A stretch of 61,242 nucleotides of DNA, filler included, from 4 parts of 4 records of this genome joined end to end with filler, not necessarily neighbours in it, one strand, 5' to 3'; shown: positions 11,355-22,101, counted from the whole stretch's first letter. The notes: generated from the sequence alone by a model not told the origin. A program made the numbers and translations.

Positions 11355-11419
11355 ATGATTGAGATTAATAACTTGGTAAAAAAGTACAAAGAAGTAACAG
11401 CAGTGAATGGAGTCAACCT
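11355..11419 (+). CDS. ABC transporter ATP-binding protein, N-terminal fragment (contig end)
   Basis: MIEINNLVKKYKEVTAVNGVN is a typical ABC ATPase N-terminus; SD AAGGGA upstream. Confidence 0.7.
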
Positions 11420-11519
11420 NNNNNNNNNNNNNNNNNNNNNNNNNNNNNNNNNNNNNNNNNNNNTTAATTAATTAANNNNNNNNNNNNNNNNNNNNNNNNN
11501 NNNNNNNNNNNNNNNNNNN
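11420..11519. other. Artificial contig-joining spacer
   Basis: 44 N + TTAATTAATTAA (stops in all six frames) + 44 N. Confidence 0.99.
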
Positions 11520-11549
11520 AAAAAGGCGAATCATATGATTCGCCTTTTT
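11520..11549. terminator. Perfect 30-bp palindrome, likely bidirectional rho-independent terminator
   Basis: AAAAAGGCGAATCAT-ATGATTCGCCTTTTT with A/T tails. Confidence 0.7.
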
Positions 11550-11820
11550 CATTTACACAGCTAATTGACTAAAACAAAGCGGGGAACTATTTTACTGCAA
11601 ATTGACAAGTACATAAAAATATTTTCTGCACTTATCACCACATTACTGTATCTATGATTTGTTATCTCATTAATAACAGTTTCGTCTAAATCATGGGGAA
11701 GATGAGACACGCCAAATAACTGTTTGACTTTTTTAAGACTTGTTTGTACATTTTTATTTATGATCAATCTTCCCCTGGATTCATCTGTTAAGCATTTATA
11801 TTTAAATTACGGAGTATAAT

Positions 11821-12828
11821 ATGACAAGATATCTCGTTACTGGTGGTGCCGGATTTATTGGCAGTAATTACATTCATTATCTTTTCGATAAATATAAAGA
11901 TGATATTGAAATAATAAACCTTGATAAATTGACCTACGCAGGAAATCTGGACAATTTAAAAGATATCGCCCATAAATCAAACTATCAATTCGTTCAGGGT
12001 GATATTTGCGATACGAAAATTGTTAATGAAGTTATGTCAAAAGTGGATATTGTTGTTAATTTTGCAGCTGAAAGCCATGTTGATAGATCCATTGGATCCC
12101 CTGATGCTTTTATACAAACAGATATTTATGGTGCCTTTGTTTTGTTGGAATCTGCCAAAAAGCATTCCATTAAAAAATTTATACAGATTAGCACGGATGA
12201 AGTCTATGGCAGTATTCTTAAAGGTTCGTTTAAAGAAACAGATCTTTTAGAGCCCTCCAGCCCATACTCAGCTTCCAAAGCAGGAGCAGACAGACTCGCT
12301 TTTTCCTACTATGTTACATATGATCTGCCCGTTATTATTACAAGATGTTCAAATAATTATGGTCCTTACCAGTTTCCGGAAAAACTCATTCCCTTATTCA
12401 TTACAAATGCCATGGAAGGTAAAAGTTTACCGATTTATGGTGATGGTAAAAATGTCCGTGACTGGATTTATGTTTTGGATCATTGTGATGCAATTGATTT
12501 TCTCATTGAAAATGGAGAACATGGTCAGGCTTACAATATTGGTGCCGGCAATGAACGGATGAATATCGAGATAACAGATATTATTTTAAAAGAGCTTGAT
12601 AAACCCAAAAGCCTGAAAACATTTATTAATGACCGACTCGGACATGATCGCAGGTATTCTCTTGACTCCAAAAAAATTCAAAAAATGGGTTGGGAGCCCA
12701 AATATAACTTTAAAGAAGCCATAACCAATACAATCCAATGGTATATTAATAATCAGTGGTGGTGGAAAAGGCTTAAAAGTGGTGAATATTTGGAGTTTTA
12801 TAAAAAAAATTACCAGCAAACCCTGTAA
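11821..12828 (+). CDS. rfbB: dTDP-glucose 4,6-dehydratase
   Basis: VTGGAGFIGSN, DKLTYAGN, AAESHVDRS, STDEVYG, YSASKA, DRLGHDRRY. Confidence 0.96.
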   Translation: MTRYLVTGGAGFIGSNYIHYLFDKYKDDIEIINLDKLTYAGNLDNLKDIAHKSNYQFVQGDICDTKIVNEVMSKVDIVVNFAAESHVDRSIGSPDAFIQTDIYGAFVLLESAKKHSIKKFIQISTDEVYGSILKGSFKETDLLEPSSPYSASKAGADRLAFSYYVTYDLPVIITRCSNNYGPYQFPEKLIPLFITNAMEGKSLPIYGDGKNVRDWIYVLDHCDAIDFLIENGEHGQAYNIGAGNERMNIEITDIILKELDKPKSLKTFINDRLGHDRRYSLDSKKIQKMGWEPKYNFKEAITNTIQWYINNQWWWKRLKSGEYLEFYKKNYQQTL

Positions 12829-12891
12829 ATTTTCCACTTTTTTACATGAAATTTACAAAAACCCATAATCTTTACCGGAGTACAGTCACTC

Positions 12892-13991
12892 ATGCTAAAA
12901 GTGGTTAATATCGTCGGCGCGAGACCCAATTTTATGAAAATTGCTCCGATTCACCGTCAAATGAGAAACAGCCATCACATTGAACCTATCCTTGTGCACA
13001 CAGGCCAGCATTATGATGAAAAAATGTCAAAGACTTTTTTTGTGGATCTGGGTATGCCTGAACCCGACATCTATCTTGGTGTCGGATCCGGCTCACATGC
13101 CTCTCAAACAGCAGCTGTTATGACCTCACTTGAAAAAGTGTTGATAGAAGAAAAGCCGGACCGGATTGTTGTAGTAGGTGATGTCAATTCAACCCTTGCC
13201 GGCGCATTAGTCGCTTCAAAATTAAATATACCCATTGCACACGTCGAAGCAGGGCTTCGCAGTTTCGATCGAACCATGCCGGAAGAAATAAATCGTATCC
13301 TGACAGATTCCATTTCAGACCTGCTTTTCGTGACTGAAAAAAACGGCATGGATAACCTGCTTAAAGAAGGAGTCGCAAAAGAAAAAGTTCATTTCGTGGG
13401 TAATGTCATGATCGACTCGCTTAAGGAACATCTCCCAAAAGCAAAACAATCAAATCTCCTCCGTGAACTCAATTGCGAAAAGTACAATTATGTCCTGATG
13501 ACGTTACACAGGCCGTCAAATGTTGATAATGCAAAGGTTTTTGCCAAAATCCTGGACGCCCTCGAACAGATTCAAAAGGATATACCACTCATTTTCCCTA
13601 TACATCCAAGAACCCGGAAGATGGTGGATCAGTTGGGTTTTGGAGAAAAGTCCAGGCTATGAAAAATTTGTTTTTTCTCGATCCTCTTGGTTATCTGGAT
13701 TTCCTCAATTTGATGAATCACGCACGCCTTGTCTTGACTGATTCTGGCGGTATCCAGGAAGAAACCACTTATCTGGGTGTTCCCTGTATTACCCTGCGGG
13801 AAAACACAGAGAGACCCTGTACGGTCGAGTTAGGTACCAACCAACTGGTCGAATTGAATACGGAAAAAATAATTCATGCTGCAGTGAATGCTCTTAACGG
13901 AAATAATATTGAAAAAAAGATCCCACCACTTTGGGATGGTGAAACAGCACAACGTATTGTTGACATTTTAGTAAAACAGCAAATATCCTAA
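12892..13991 (+). CDS. wecB: UDP-N-acetylglucosamine 2-epimerase (non-hydrolysing); frameshift at A4 13646-13649
   Basis: GARPNFMK, HTGQHYD, HVEAGLRS, PEEINR, TLHRPSN; the second ORF supplies TDSGGIQEE and RENTERP. Joins as GEKVQAMKN with one more A. Confidence 0.92.
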
Positions 13992-14026
13992 TCTAATTAA
14001 ATACAGCAGAATGTGGAGTAATTATA

Positions 14027-15745
14027 ATGCGTAAATGCTTTCTTGCAACTATTTTAATATATCTATCCATAACAATGTCTTTTGCACAAGAAAGGCCCTC
14101 CAGGTTATCGGACCTGGAAAATCTACAAGAGATGATGCAACAGCCGAAATCACAACCACTTTTATCTGCTCCGATAATAGAGCATGCCGTTGATGAGAAA
14201 GATTACATCCTTGGGCCGGGGGATGTTTTAAATGTTGTTATCTCTGGTCAGTCTGAAGAAAACCACCAATTAATGATTCGACCTGAAGGCGTCATTGTTT
14301 TACCTGCAGTTGGAAATGTTGATATTGCCGGTAAATTTCTATTTGAAGCAAAAAAACTAATTTTCAACAAAATTAATACGGTCTATCTTTCGGATGTTAT
14401 TAGCATCACGCTCATTCAGTTGCGCTCTTTTCGTGTGACTGTCAGTGGGGCAGTAATAAACCCCGGACTTTACCCTGTGAATGCATTAAATCGTGTCTCA
14501 GATGCCATAGAGTTAAGTGGTGGATTTATCGACTCCAGGCCTACTGAAATAAATATGGAAGAAAAAAGTCCACCTGTACCAACCACACAAAAGCGACAAC
14601 AACAAATCCCGGGTAAATCACCGATCAATAAAATTGCAGAAAAAAAGATCGCTTCAAAGCGGAATATTATTATAAAACGCCGTAACGGGACCACCTTGCG
14701 AGCGGATATCCTGAGATATAAAGTGACTGGTAATCTCGATGCAAATCCATATCTATTGGATGGCGATGTAATCATCGTCACCACGGAACAAGATGATATT
14801 TCCAAAATTATGATTAGTGGAGCGGTGAAAACACCTGATGAATTCGAATATGTTGAAGGGGATCGAATAAAAGATCTGTTAGAAATGGCGCACGGTTTTG
14901 CTGCTAATGCAGATTCAAATAATATTCTGTTAATACGCTTTGAAAGCAACTCGAGCAAAACCCGGGAAATAAACCTGTCCCTGGATACAGACCAAAGAGA
15001 TAACGTCATGAATACGCTTTTGAAACAGGATGACCGGATATTTGTAAGAGCCATTCCAAACTTTCACCGGAAGCGCACTATAGAAATACAAGGCCAGGTT
15101 GTTTATCCGGGAAAATATGCACTCAAAAATGGTCCTACCTCCCTGTCAGAAATAATTGAACAGGCAGGTGGTTTTACAAAAGAGGCATCCCTGCACAATG
15201 CATACCTGGAACGCCGTTCACTCTCTGAGGTAAACGATCCGGAATTTGAGCGCTTACAAAAAATGCTCGTGGCAGATATGACAACAATAGAAAGAGAATA
15301 TTTTAAAACAAAATCACGTGAACGAGCAGGAGTGGCTGCTATAGATTTTTCGCGGTTATTCGACAAAAAAGATAAATCTGTAGATTTTTTATTGCAGGAC
15401 AAGGACCTTATTATCATTCCTGCCAAGGATTTCACAGTCAATGTAAGCGGTCAGATAATTAAACCTGGCTTAATCTCCTATAGTCCTAACAAAAATGCGA
15501 AATATTATATTGAAAAGGCAGGTGGATATAATTTTAGCGCCAGAAAATCCAAGGTGAGAATAATAAAGGCCAGTACTGGTGAATGGTTAAAACCTGACAA
15601 CAACACAGTAATTGAGATGGGAGATACAATATTTGTACCTGAAAAACCAGAGCGGGATAATTGGAGAATATTCCGGGATATTGTAACTGTTGCTGCTCAG
15701 GTTGCAACGATCTATCTTGTATTCGATCGATATTCAACAGATTAA
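14027..15745 (+). CDS. SLBB-domain polysaccharide export protein (Wza/KpsD-like)
   Basis: Signal peptide, YILGPGDVL poly-export motif, repeated V.GAV..PG / G.V.YPGKY SLBB units, C-terminal amphipathic helix. Confidence 0.85.
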   Translation: MRKCFLATILIYLSITMSFAQERPSRLSDLENLQEMMQQPKSQPLLSAPIIEHAVDEKDYILGPGDVLNVVISGQSEENHQLMIRPEGVIVLPAVGNVDIAGKFLFEAKKLIFNKINTVYLSDVISITLIQLRSFRVTVSGAVINPGLYPVNALNRVSDAIELSGGFIDSRPTEINMEEKSPPVPTTQKRQQQIPGKSPINKIAEKKIASKRNIIIKRRNGTTLRADILRYKVTGNLDANPYLLDGDVIIVTTEQDDISKIMISGAVKTPDEFEYVEGDRIKDLLEMAHGFAANADSNNILLIRFESNSSKTREINLSLDTDQRDNVMNTLLKQDDRIFVRAIPNFHRKRTIEIQGQVVYPGKYALKNGPTSLSEIIEQAGGFTKEASLHNAYLERRSLSEVNDPEFERLQKMLVADMTTIEREYFKTKSRERAGVAAIDFSRLFDKKDKSVDFLLQDKDLIIIPAKDFTVNVSGQIIKPGLISYSPNKNAKYYIEKAGGYNFSARKSKVRIIKASTGEWLKPDNNTVIEMGDTIFVPEKPERDNWRIFRDIVTVAAQVATIYLVFDRYSTD

Positions 15746-15770
15746 ATATTCATCATTGACAAGTTCGCTT

Positions 15771-16958
15771 TCAACATTTCAAAATGGATATCACATTGTC
15801 CTGGCTGGCACCTGTTACTTCTACTTTTCCTTCATCCGTAACGAATACGTCAATTTCCGTACGAAATCCGATTTTTTGCTCCGGCAAATAAATACCAGGT
15901 TCTATGGAAAAGCAGGTGCCAGGGCGAATTTTTCGTTCATCTTTTGATTCCAGGTTGTCTATGTGCACACCATTACCATGGACTTCCTCACCAATATTGT
16001 GACCCGTTCTGTGAGTAAAGTATTCTCCATATTTGGCATTAACAATAACCTGCCGGCATACATCGTCTACTTCCCAGCCATAAATCGTTTTATTCTCCTG
16101 GAATCTATCTTTAATAAATTTTAATGCTGTTTCGCGAGCAGATCTGACTATTTGAAAAATTCTTTCAATTGGCTCCGGGACCTCCAAACCTATATAACCC
16201 ATCCAGGTAATATCATAATAGATACTTCCCGGCTGATCCATTTTACCCCACAGATCCAGCAATACCAAATCGCCTTCTTTCATTTCGTAACAATTTTCAA
16301 CGGTGGGCTCAAAATGTGGATCGGCGGCATGTTCGTTGATAGCCACAACCGGGCCATCCTCCCAGAATATCTTGTTCTTTTTCATCATCTCATGCATAAA
16401 AGCCTGAATCTGAAATTCCGTAGGATGCTCCCCTTTTTTAATCCTTTTGCCGATTTCTTTAAAGGTCTCATCTTTTACCATCTGCATGATGACACCAGCC
16501 TGCTGATGGCTTTGCCAATCCTCCATCGAAAGATGTGCCTCAAATTCCCCTACCAGATCAGCACTTGAAACGACGTCAACACCAAAACTTCTGATCAGAT
16601 CAATAGTACCACCATCTACAATGGACACATATGGAATTGCATTATTTGGAGAATATTGCATGGCCACTTTTTTTGCTGAACCTAACAGGTTCCTTAAAAG
16701 TTCATGTTGCTGCTGCCAGGGCAAATAAATGTGCTTATCACCTGGTAGATGATCATTTTGCCACGGTTCAATTTTATGGACAAGTTTTTGAGGACTTCCT
16801 TCAGCAGGTATATAATAAAACCATCGTCGTGATGCAAATCTTGAGGTATCTCGATTTAATATCCTCGCAGCAATGGCATCCCGGTTATGAAAATCATAAA
16901 ACAACCAACCATCAATTTGGGCGGCTCTGAGAGCAGCCTGGATTCCTTCAAGGTCCAT
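15771..16958 (-). CDS. Xaa-Pro aminopeptidase family (M24) peptidase
   Basis: DPH, LLDLW, YYDITW, FTHRTGHNIG, FSIEPGIY, RTEID metal-binding motifs. Confidence 0.9.
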   Translation of the reverse strand: MDLEGIQAALRAAQIDGWLFYDFHNRDAIAARILNRDTSRFASRRWFYYIPAEGSPQKLVHKIEPWQNDHLPGDKHIYLPWQQQHELLRNLLGSAKKVAMQYSPNNAIPYVSIVDGGTIDLIRSFGVDVVSSADLVGEFEAHLSMEDWQSHQQAGVIMQMVKDETFKEIGKRIKKGEHPTEFQIQAFMHEMMKKNKIFWEDGPVVAINEHAADPHFEPTVENCYEMKEGDLVLLDLWGKMDQPGSIYYDITWMGYIGLEVPEPIERIFQIVRSARETALKFIKDRFQENKTIYGWEVDDVCRQVIVNAKYGEYFTHRTGHNIGEEVHGNGVHIDNLESKDERKIRPGTCFSIEPGIYLPEQKIGFRTEIDVFVTDEGKVEVTGASQDNVISILKC

Positions 16959-16985
16959 CTTATTTATCTCCAGATGAAAAAGATA

Positions 16986-17360
16986 TCAAGTACGCGGTGT
17001 AGCTACTGACCGGATTAAGCGTTTTAGCATTCTCTCTACAGTATCGCAATTTTCTTCCAAATTTTCCGTTTTCTTCATATGCCCTAAATCTTTTGATAAT
17101 AAAACAAAATAACGCATATTTTCTATCGACAACAAGGCGGTTCTGTAATAATGAACTTTATTCTTTCTTCCTCTTCTGTTAAAACCAACCGCAATATTTA
17201 TAGGAATTTGAGAAGCTATCTCGCGAATTTGTTGTGCGAGAGCAAGATGCTCTCGTTTTGGGAATTTGGCGGTAATCTCGTACAACTCTCGTACAATTTC
17301 GTGACTTTTTTGCCAAACGACGAGATCCTGATAGGATTCTACCCTTCGACTTTCCATCAA
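16986..17360 (-). CDS. Four-helix-bundle protein (23S rRNA IVP-like family)
   Basis: SYQDLVVWQKS...FPKREHLALAQQIREIASQIPINIAVG matches the family pattern. Confidence 0.85.
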   Translation of the reverse strand: MMESRRVESYQDLVVWQKSHEIVRELYEITAKFPKREHLALAQQIREIASQIPINIAVGFNRRGRKNKVHYYRTALLSIENMRYFVLLSKDLGHMKKTENLEENCDTVERMLKRLIRSVATPRT

Positions 17361-17643
17361 ATAAATCCTTTAATTTATATCAAAATTCTTGGAATTGACT
17401 TAAAAATCCATTAATTAAAAGTGCACACATATCATCATTAAATTTGATTTTTTATCATGAATTTAGAAAAAAGTAAGTAATTCCATATCGAAAAGCAAAT
17501 GATTTTTAAAAAATTAGGACCAACATCAATCCATATAATTTTCATACCAACCTTTATGACCAATAAATTACACTTGATATTCCAGAGTGATCTTTCTAAA
17601 TTAGGCTCAATAAATAAATAAATAAAACTTTTGGTAAAAAAAC

Positions 17644-19320
17644 GTGAAAAATCAACCTCTGTTGTTATTACTTTCCTGTCTGTTATTCTATACATGCGCC
17701 AATCAGGGATATCCTCCAGGTGGTCCTGTCGATAAACGGGGACCATTTGTTGTCAATACACTCCCCACTTCTGATTCGACTCTTGTTCCGCTGGACAGTA
17801 AAATTGAAATCACATTTAATGAACATGTAAATCACCAGTCTTGCGAAGAAGCCATTTTCATAACGCCTTTTCCCGGCAAAGATATCAAATACAAATGGAA
17901 AGGCAAAACATTACGGATTAATATACCTGGGAATCTACTGGAAAACCGAACCTATGTGGTTACGATAGGAACAGGCACTCGTGATAACCGTAATAATCCG
18001 ATGGAAGAATCCTATACTTTGGCATTTGCAACGGGTTCTCAACTGGACAAGGGGGCCATTGCCGGGATTATTTTTAGCAAGGGACGATCAGATGGAACCC
18101 AGATATGGGCTTTTGACCTTGAAGATACACCAGAGCCCAATCCTTCAATAACAGCACCGATTTATATCACCCAAGTAAATAAAGATGGTTCCTACAAACT
18201 TCCATATATGAGCTTTAGTACCTATCGAGTCTTTGCTGTCAATGATCGGGATGTAAACGGATTATATGACCCTGAATACGATGCCCTGGGTGTCACATCC
18301 AGGGACGTAAGGCTTGATGAAGCCCAACCTTTTGCAAAAGGTTTGAATTTTAGAATTTCTGTTCGTGATACAACGCAACCCAATATAGAATCCATATCTG
18401 TTGTCGATGCGCATCACTTTGACTTACGATTTTCAGAACCCATGTCGTCTGATTTTTTATCTACTATCCAAAATTACACAGTCACGAACCAAACGGATTC
18501 TCTGGAAATTCTGGAAGTATTTCAGGATGAACGAAATGCCGCGTATGTTCATTTTACCACAACAAAACAAGACTCGGGTGAAAAATACCAGTTAACGATA
18601 AATAACGCTTATGATCTGGCGGGATTTCCCATAAAGGCAGATTCAAACAAGATCCCGTTTGACGGCAGTGTCATTCCGGACACAACTAAACCAAAATATT
18701 TATATATGATTCCAGCCGACAGCTCTAATACAATCTCTATAGACACGGCTGTTGAACTTTATTTCTCAGAACCATTAAATCGACAATCTTTGGAACAGCA
18801 TTTTAAACTGGCAGACACCCTGGACAATGTAATGAAAGGACGTTTTGAATGGATTAATGGGGCACGGGTTTCATTCCAACCAACAGATTCTCTTAAGGGC
18901 AAAATGAACTATTTCGTCACCCTCCCCGTCGATTCGGTGTTTGACCAATTCAACAATGCTTTAGCTGACACATTATTCAAAAAAACCTTCTCAACAATGA
19001 ATCCGGATACACTTTCAGAAATATCCGGTCAAATTATGGATATGGACAGCACAGCGTCAGGACTTTTTCACATCAAGGCTACTTCAACCGAGGGAATCGA
19101 GTATGAAACATGGGTTGATAATAAGAATTTGTTTCAATTTAAAAACCTGCTGCCCGGCATATACATTCTTGAAATTTATCAGGATAAAGACAAAAATGGC
19201 AAGTACAGTTTTGGGGAGGCTTTTCCATATGTTCCGGCAGAACGAATTTATTCCTATCCGGATTCTGTAAATGTCAGATCGAAATGGCCAAATGAAGGAA
19301 ATGATATTTTCTTTCCATAG
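17644..19320 (+). CDS. Ig-like (Big_5) domain lipoprotein
   Basis: Lipobox-like FYTC followed by ANQGYPPGGPVD; repeated 'F(N/S)E' Ig-like strands; DRDVNGLYD and DKDKNGKY Ca-binding loops. Confidence 0.8.
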   Translation: MKNQPLLLLLSCLLFYTCANQGYPPGGPVDKRGPFVVNTLPTSDSTLVPLDSKIEITFNEHVNHQSCEEAIFITPFPGKDIKYKWKGKTLRINIPGNLLENRTYVVTIGTGTRDNRNNPMEESYTLAFATGSQLDKGAIAGIIFSKGRSDGTQIWAFDLEDTPEPNPSITAPIYITQVNKDGSYKLPYMSFSTYRVFAVNDRDVNGLYDPEYDALGVTSRDVRLDEAQPFAKGLNFRISVRDTTQPNIESISVVDAHHFDLRFSEPMSSDFLSTIQNYTVTNQTDSLEILEVFQDERNAAYVHFTTTKQDSGEKYQLTINNAYDLAGFPIKADSNKIPFDGSVIPDTTKPKYLYMIPADSSNTISIDTAVELYFSEPLNRQSLEQHFKLADTLDNVMKGRFEWINGARVSFQPTDSLKGKMNYFVTLPVDSVFDQFNNALADTLFKKTFSTMNPDTLSEISGQIMDMDSTASGLFHIKATSTEGIEYETWVDNKNLFQFKNLLPGIYILEIYQDKDKNGKYSFGEAFPYVPAERIYSYPDSVNVRSKWPNEGNDIFFP

Positions 19321-19345
19321 TATTTAAGATAATGAAAAGATTAAA

Positions 19346-19699
19346 TTACTCATCATCTTCAAACATGGACACTATCCTGGCACCTGGATCATCCACTTCT
19401 TGATTTTTCTTCAGGATTTTACTTTTGCCTGGTGTTTGCTCGGTTTCCGTACCAGAATCAACCCGTTCAATACGAACAGGATTTCCACCCATTGTGAAAT
19501 CGGAACCCCGTATCTGATCATCATCCAGAATCCAGGTCATTTTCTTTAATGGTATGGTAAGGACTAAAAACGTCATTTGCCACCATCCTTTTTTGCGATC
19601 GGCATCTATATCCTCTACTCGTGCAAAAAAAGCTGGTTGTTCTTTAATATATATCAGTAGAACCTGGTTCTTTTGAAACATTTGACCGTAAGGGGGCAT
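19346..19699 (-). CDS. Conserved hypothetical protein
   Basis: Clean ORF downstream of the OmpA gene, with a globular-looking motif PAFFARVEDI..D.KKGWW...FTMGG. Start may be 19681. Confidence 0.7.
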   Translation of the reverse strand: MPPYGQMFQKNQVLLIYIKEQPAFFARVEDIDADRKKGWWQMTFLVLTIPLKKMTWILDDDQIRGSDFTMGGNPVRIERVDSGTETEQTPGKSKILKKNQEVDDPGARIVSMFEDDE

Positions 19700-19765
19700 A
19701 ATCTTACTCTTTCTTTACCTTCATTTTCCAATTCGTAGAATGTTGATTTTCTCAGCGTATCTGAA

Positions 19766-21153
19766 TTAATCAGTGCGAACAAATTCTATTCTTCTGTTTT
19801 TCGCTCTTCCCGTGGAAGAATCGTTATCAGCTATCGGATCTTGAGAGCCAAATCCTTTCGCAATCACTCTATAACTATCAATACCTTTTTGGATAAGGTA
19901 TTGACGAACAGTATCCGCTCTTTCCTTCGAAAGTTTGAGATTATGCTCTTCACCTCCGGTACTATCCGTATACCCCCGAATCTCTACCTCGATCTCGGGA
20001 TAAGCAAAAAGGGATTCGAATACTTTGTCCAGAACAGATTTGGATTCCTTTACAAGCTTGGCACTGTTAAGTTCAAAATTTACTCCCTGCAATATGATAC
20101 TTTCACCTCTTGCAAACAGGAACTCAGGCACTTCGTCAGGACACCCGTCATCATCTCTGTACCCATTATAAGTTTCTGATGATTCTTTACATTTATCTGT
20201 AATATCCGGGATACCATCGCCATCGTTATCCAGATCAGGGATCCCATCATCATCCTGAAAGCCGTCTATATCCTCAGGATCGTTAGGTGCCCCATCTACA
20301 GCATCAGCAAAACCATCCCAATCATTATCAGGATCTGGCACACCATCATCATCCTGAAATCCATCCTTATCTTCAGGTACTAAAGGCGCCTTATCTAATA
20401 AATCAGGAACCCCATCATGATCATTATCATCATCTGGTATTCCGTCTTCATCCTGAAATCCATCAAAATCTTCAGCCCTTAATGGATCACTATCATACCT
20501 GTCATAAATTCCATCCCCATCCGTATCTCGATTTCCACCAAAGCGAAAATTCAGGTTTAATCCAACCTGAAATATCCTGTCATTCACATCGTTTGTTCCA
20601 ATATTATCGGCACGTTGATCAAAGATGTGCGTAATTCCCAAAAAACCTGTTAACATAACATAGTCTGTCAGAGGGTAATCCACGCCAATATTTGTACTCA
20701 TGATCGTATTATAGTTACGACCTGCGTAAACACTTTCTCCCGAATCACGCAAATCCCACACTAACAAGCCTCCCCCCCGGAAACAAATGGAGCTATCTTT
20801 TTGTTAAATGGAGGGTAATAGGCTAATTCTAATGTATTTGAAAACAATAATGTTTTAAAATCAAGGTTCGGGTCATTTTTAAAAAGAGATTTTCCATCCC
20901 GAGGTTTGACCATACCATACTGACCCGCATAACGCAGGGAGAAATTATTCGTTAAAAAATAGTCTAATCGTAATCCGCCACTACCGCTCAGATTTGAGTC
21001 ACCTTTCTCACCTCCAAAAAGTCGAATGGCAGCAATATCGAAACCAACTCCAAATTGATGCGTTCGGTCGATAGCGAAACTGGAATGGTATACACCGAAA
21101 AAAAGCAGGCAAACAATTATGGCTTGCATAAGATATCGCATAAAATTCCTCAT
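19766..21153 (-). CDS. OmpA-family outer-membrane protein with thrombospondin type-3 repeats; frameshift at G7 tract (20772-20778)
   Basis: Signal peptide and beta-barrel N-terminus, DxDGDG repeats, OmpA C-domain (GVNFELNSA, GYTDSTG, LSKERA, NRRIEF). Joins as SGGGGLLVW with one extra G. Confidence 0.9.
20134..20529 (-). repeat. About four imperfect 99-bp (33-aa) TSP3-type repeats within the OmpA gene
   Basis: TCCTGAAA recurs at 20253, 20352 and 20451; unit EDxDGFQDxDGxPDxDNDxDGxxDxxDxAP. Confidence 0.85.
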
Positions 21154-21318
21154 GACTTTATGTCAGATCTTTAAAGTACAACTCAACTATTCTGATTTTT
21201 TTAAATACTAATAATTAATATATTAAGAATCAAGTTGTTTTCATTTTTTGATATATCATTATAAATAAAATAGTGGATATATTATCCTACTTTATGTTCG
21301 TGAATAGCCAAAAACTAC

Positions 21319-21347
21319 TTGCATATCTCGTTGCATATTCGTAAAAT
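21319..21347 (+). promoter_or_regulatory. Sigma70-type promoter of the pyrRBC operon
   Basis: TTGCAT-N17-TAAAAT directly upstream of the PyrR leader. Confidence 0.6.
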
Positions 21348-21361
21348 AGCTTAAAATAGAA

Positions 21362-21393
21362 CCCTTTAAGCCAACCCGGCGAGGTGGCAAGGG
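21362..21393 (+). promoter_or_regulatory. PyrR-binding RNA stem-loop (anti-antiterminator)
   Basis: CCCTT-TAA-GCC-A-ACC-[CGGCGA]-GGT-GGC-AAGGG. The CNGNGA hexaloop and CUUUAA...AAGG stem match known PyrR binding loops; lies upstream of pyrR. Confidence 0.8.
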
Positions 21394-21402
21394 AAATATC
21401 AA

Positions 21403-21436
21403 ACCTTCCTAATAATCTCGCGGAAGGTATTTTTTT
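21403..21436 (+). terminator. Attenuator terminator of the pyr leader
   Basis: ACCTTCC...GGAAGGT stem followed by ATTTTTTT. Confidence 0.75.
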
Positions 21437-21543
21437 GTTATAAACTCAATATAGTATGGAATTATTCAACAAATTTTAATTATAGCCATTTTTACCTAAC
21501 CTTCAATATCACATTAATTACACACTCAAAAATTGGTAATAAT

Positions 21544-22101
21544 ATGACTTTGAAAATAAAATCCATGATCATTGATGAAGAAGGGCTTCAGCGTACGATA
21601 ACACGGCTCACTCATGAAATAATCGAAAAAAACAGGGGTACTCAAAACATTGCCATTGTTGGTATTCGAACAAGGGGAAGCACGCTTGCCGAAAGAATTG
21701 TTAAAAAAATTGAGGAAATCGAAGGGAAAAAAGTCCCTTTTGGAAATTTAGATATTACCCTCTATCGAGATGATTTTCGCACGCGCCTGAAACAACCTGT
21801 GGTGCAAATGACCGACATTCACTTTGAAATAAAAGAAAAAGACGTCATTCTGGTTGACGATGTTTTCTATACAGGTCGTACGACCCGGGCAGCTCTTGAT
21901 GCACTGATGGATTTCGGCCGACCTGCCAGCGTACAGCTCGTTGTATTAATAGACCGTGGTCATCGTGAGTTACCAATTCGCGCAGATTACATTGGTAAAA
22001 ATATTCCCACAGCATTAGGGGAGGAAGTACAGGTTAGATTACGGGAAAATGATGGAGAAGACTGTGTTCTCCTTGTAGAGGCTCCAAAGGAGGTTGATTA
22101 A
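21544..22101 (+). CDS. pyrR: Pyrimidine operon attenuation regulator / uracil PRTase
   Basis: [46 protein letters not shown]. Confidence 0.97.
   Translation: MTLKIKSMIIDEEGLQRTITRLTHEIIEKNRGTQNIAIVGIRTRGSTLAERIVKKIEEIEGKKVPFGNLDITLYRDDFRTRLKQPVVQMTDIHFEIKEKDVILVDDVFYTGRTTRAALDALMDFGRPASVQLVVLIDRGHRELPIRADYIGKNIPTALGEEVQVRLRENDGEDCVLLVEAPKEVD

Noticed and set aside
11464-11475. TTAATTAATTAA repeated three times in the window (also 43426 and 51415)
   Set aside because: Synthetic all-frame-stop linker embedded in N runs; not biological.
16986-17360. Four-helix-bundle protein as a DGR accessory (Avd) or rRNA intervening-sequence marker
   Set aside because: No reverse transcriptase, template/variable repeat pair or rRNA nearby; such genes are common stand-alone.
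20134-20529. Regularly spaced DNA repeats resembling a CRISPR array
   Set aside because: They are in-frame, degenerate 99-bp coding repeats (TSP3 calcium-binding) with no unique spacers and no cas genes.
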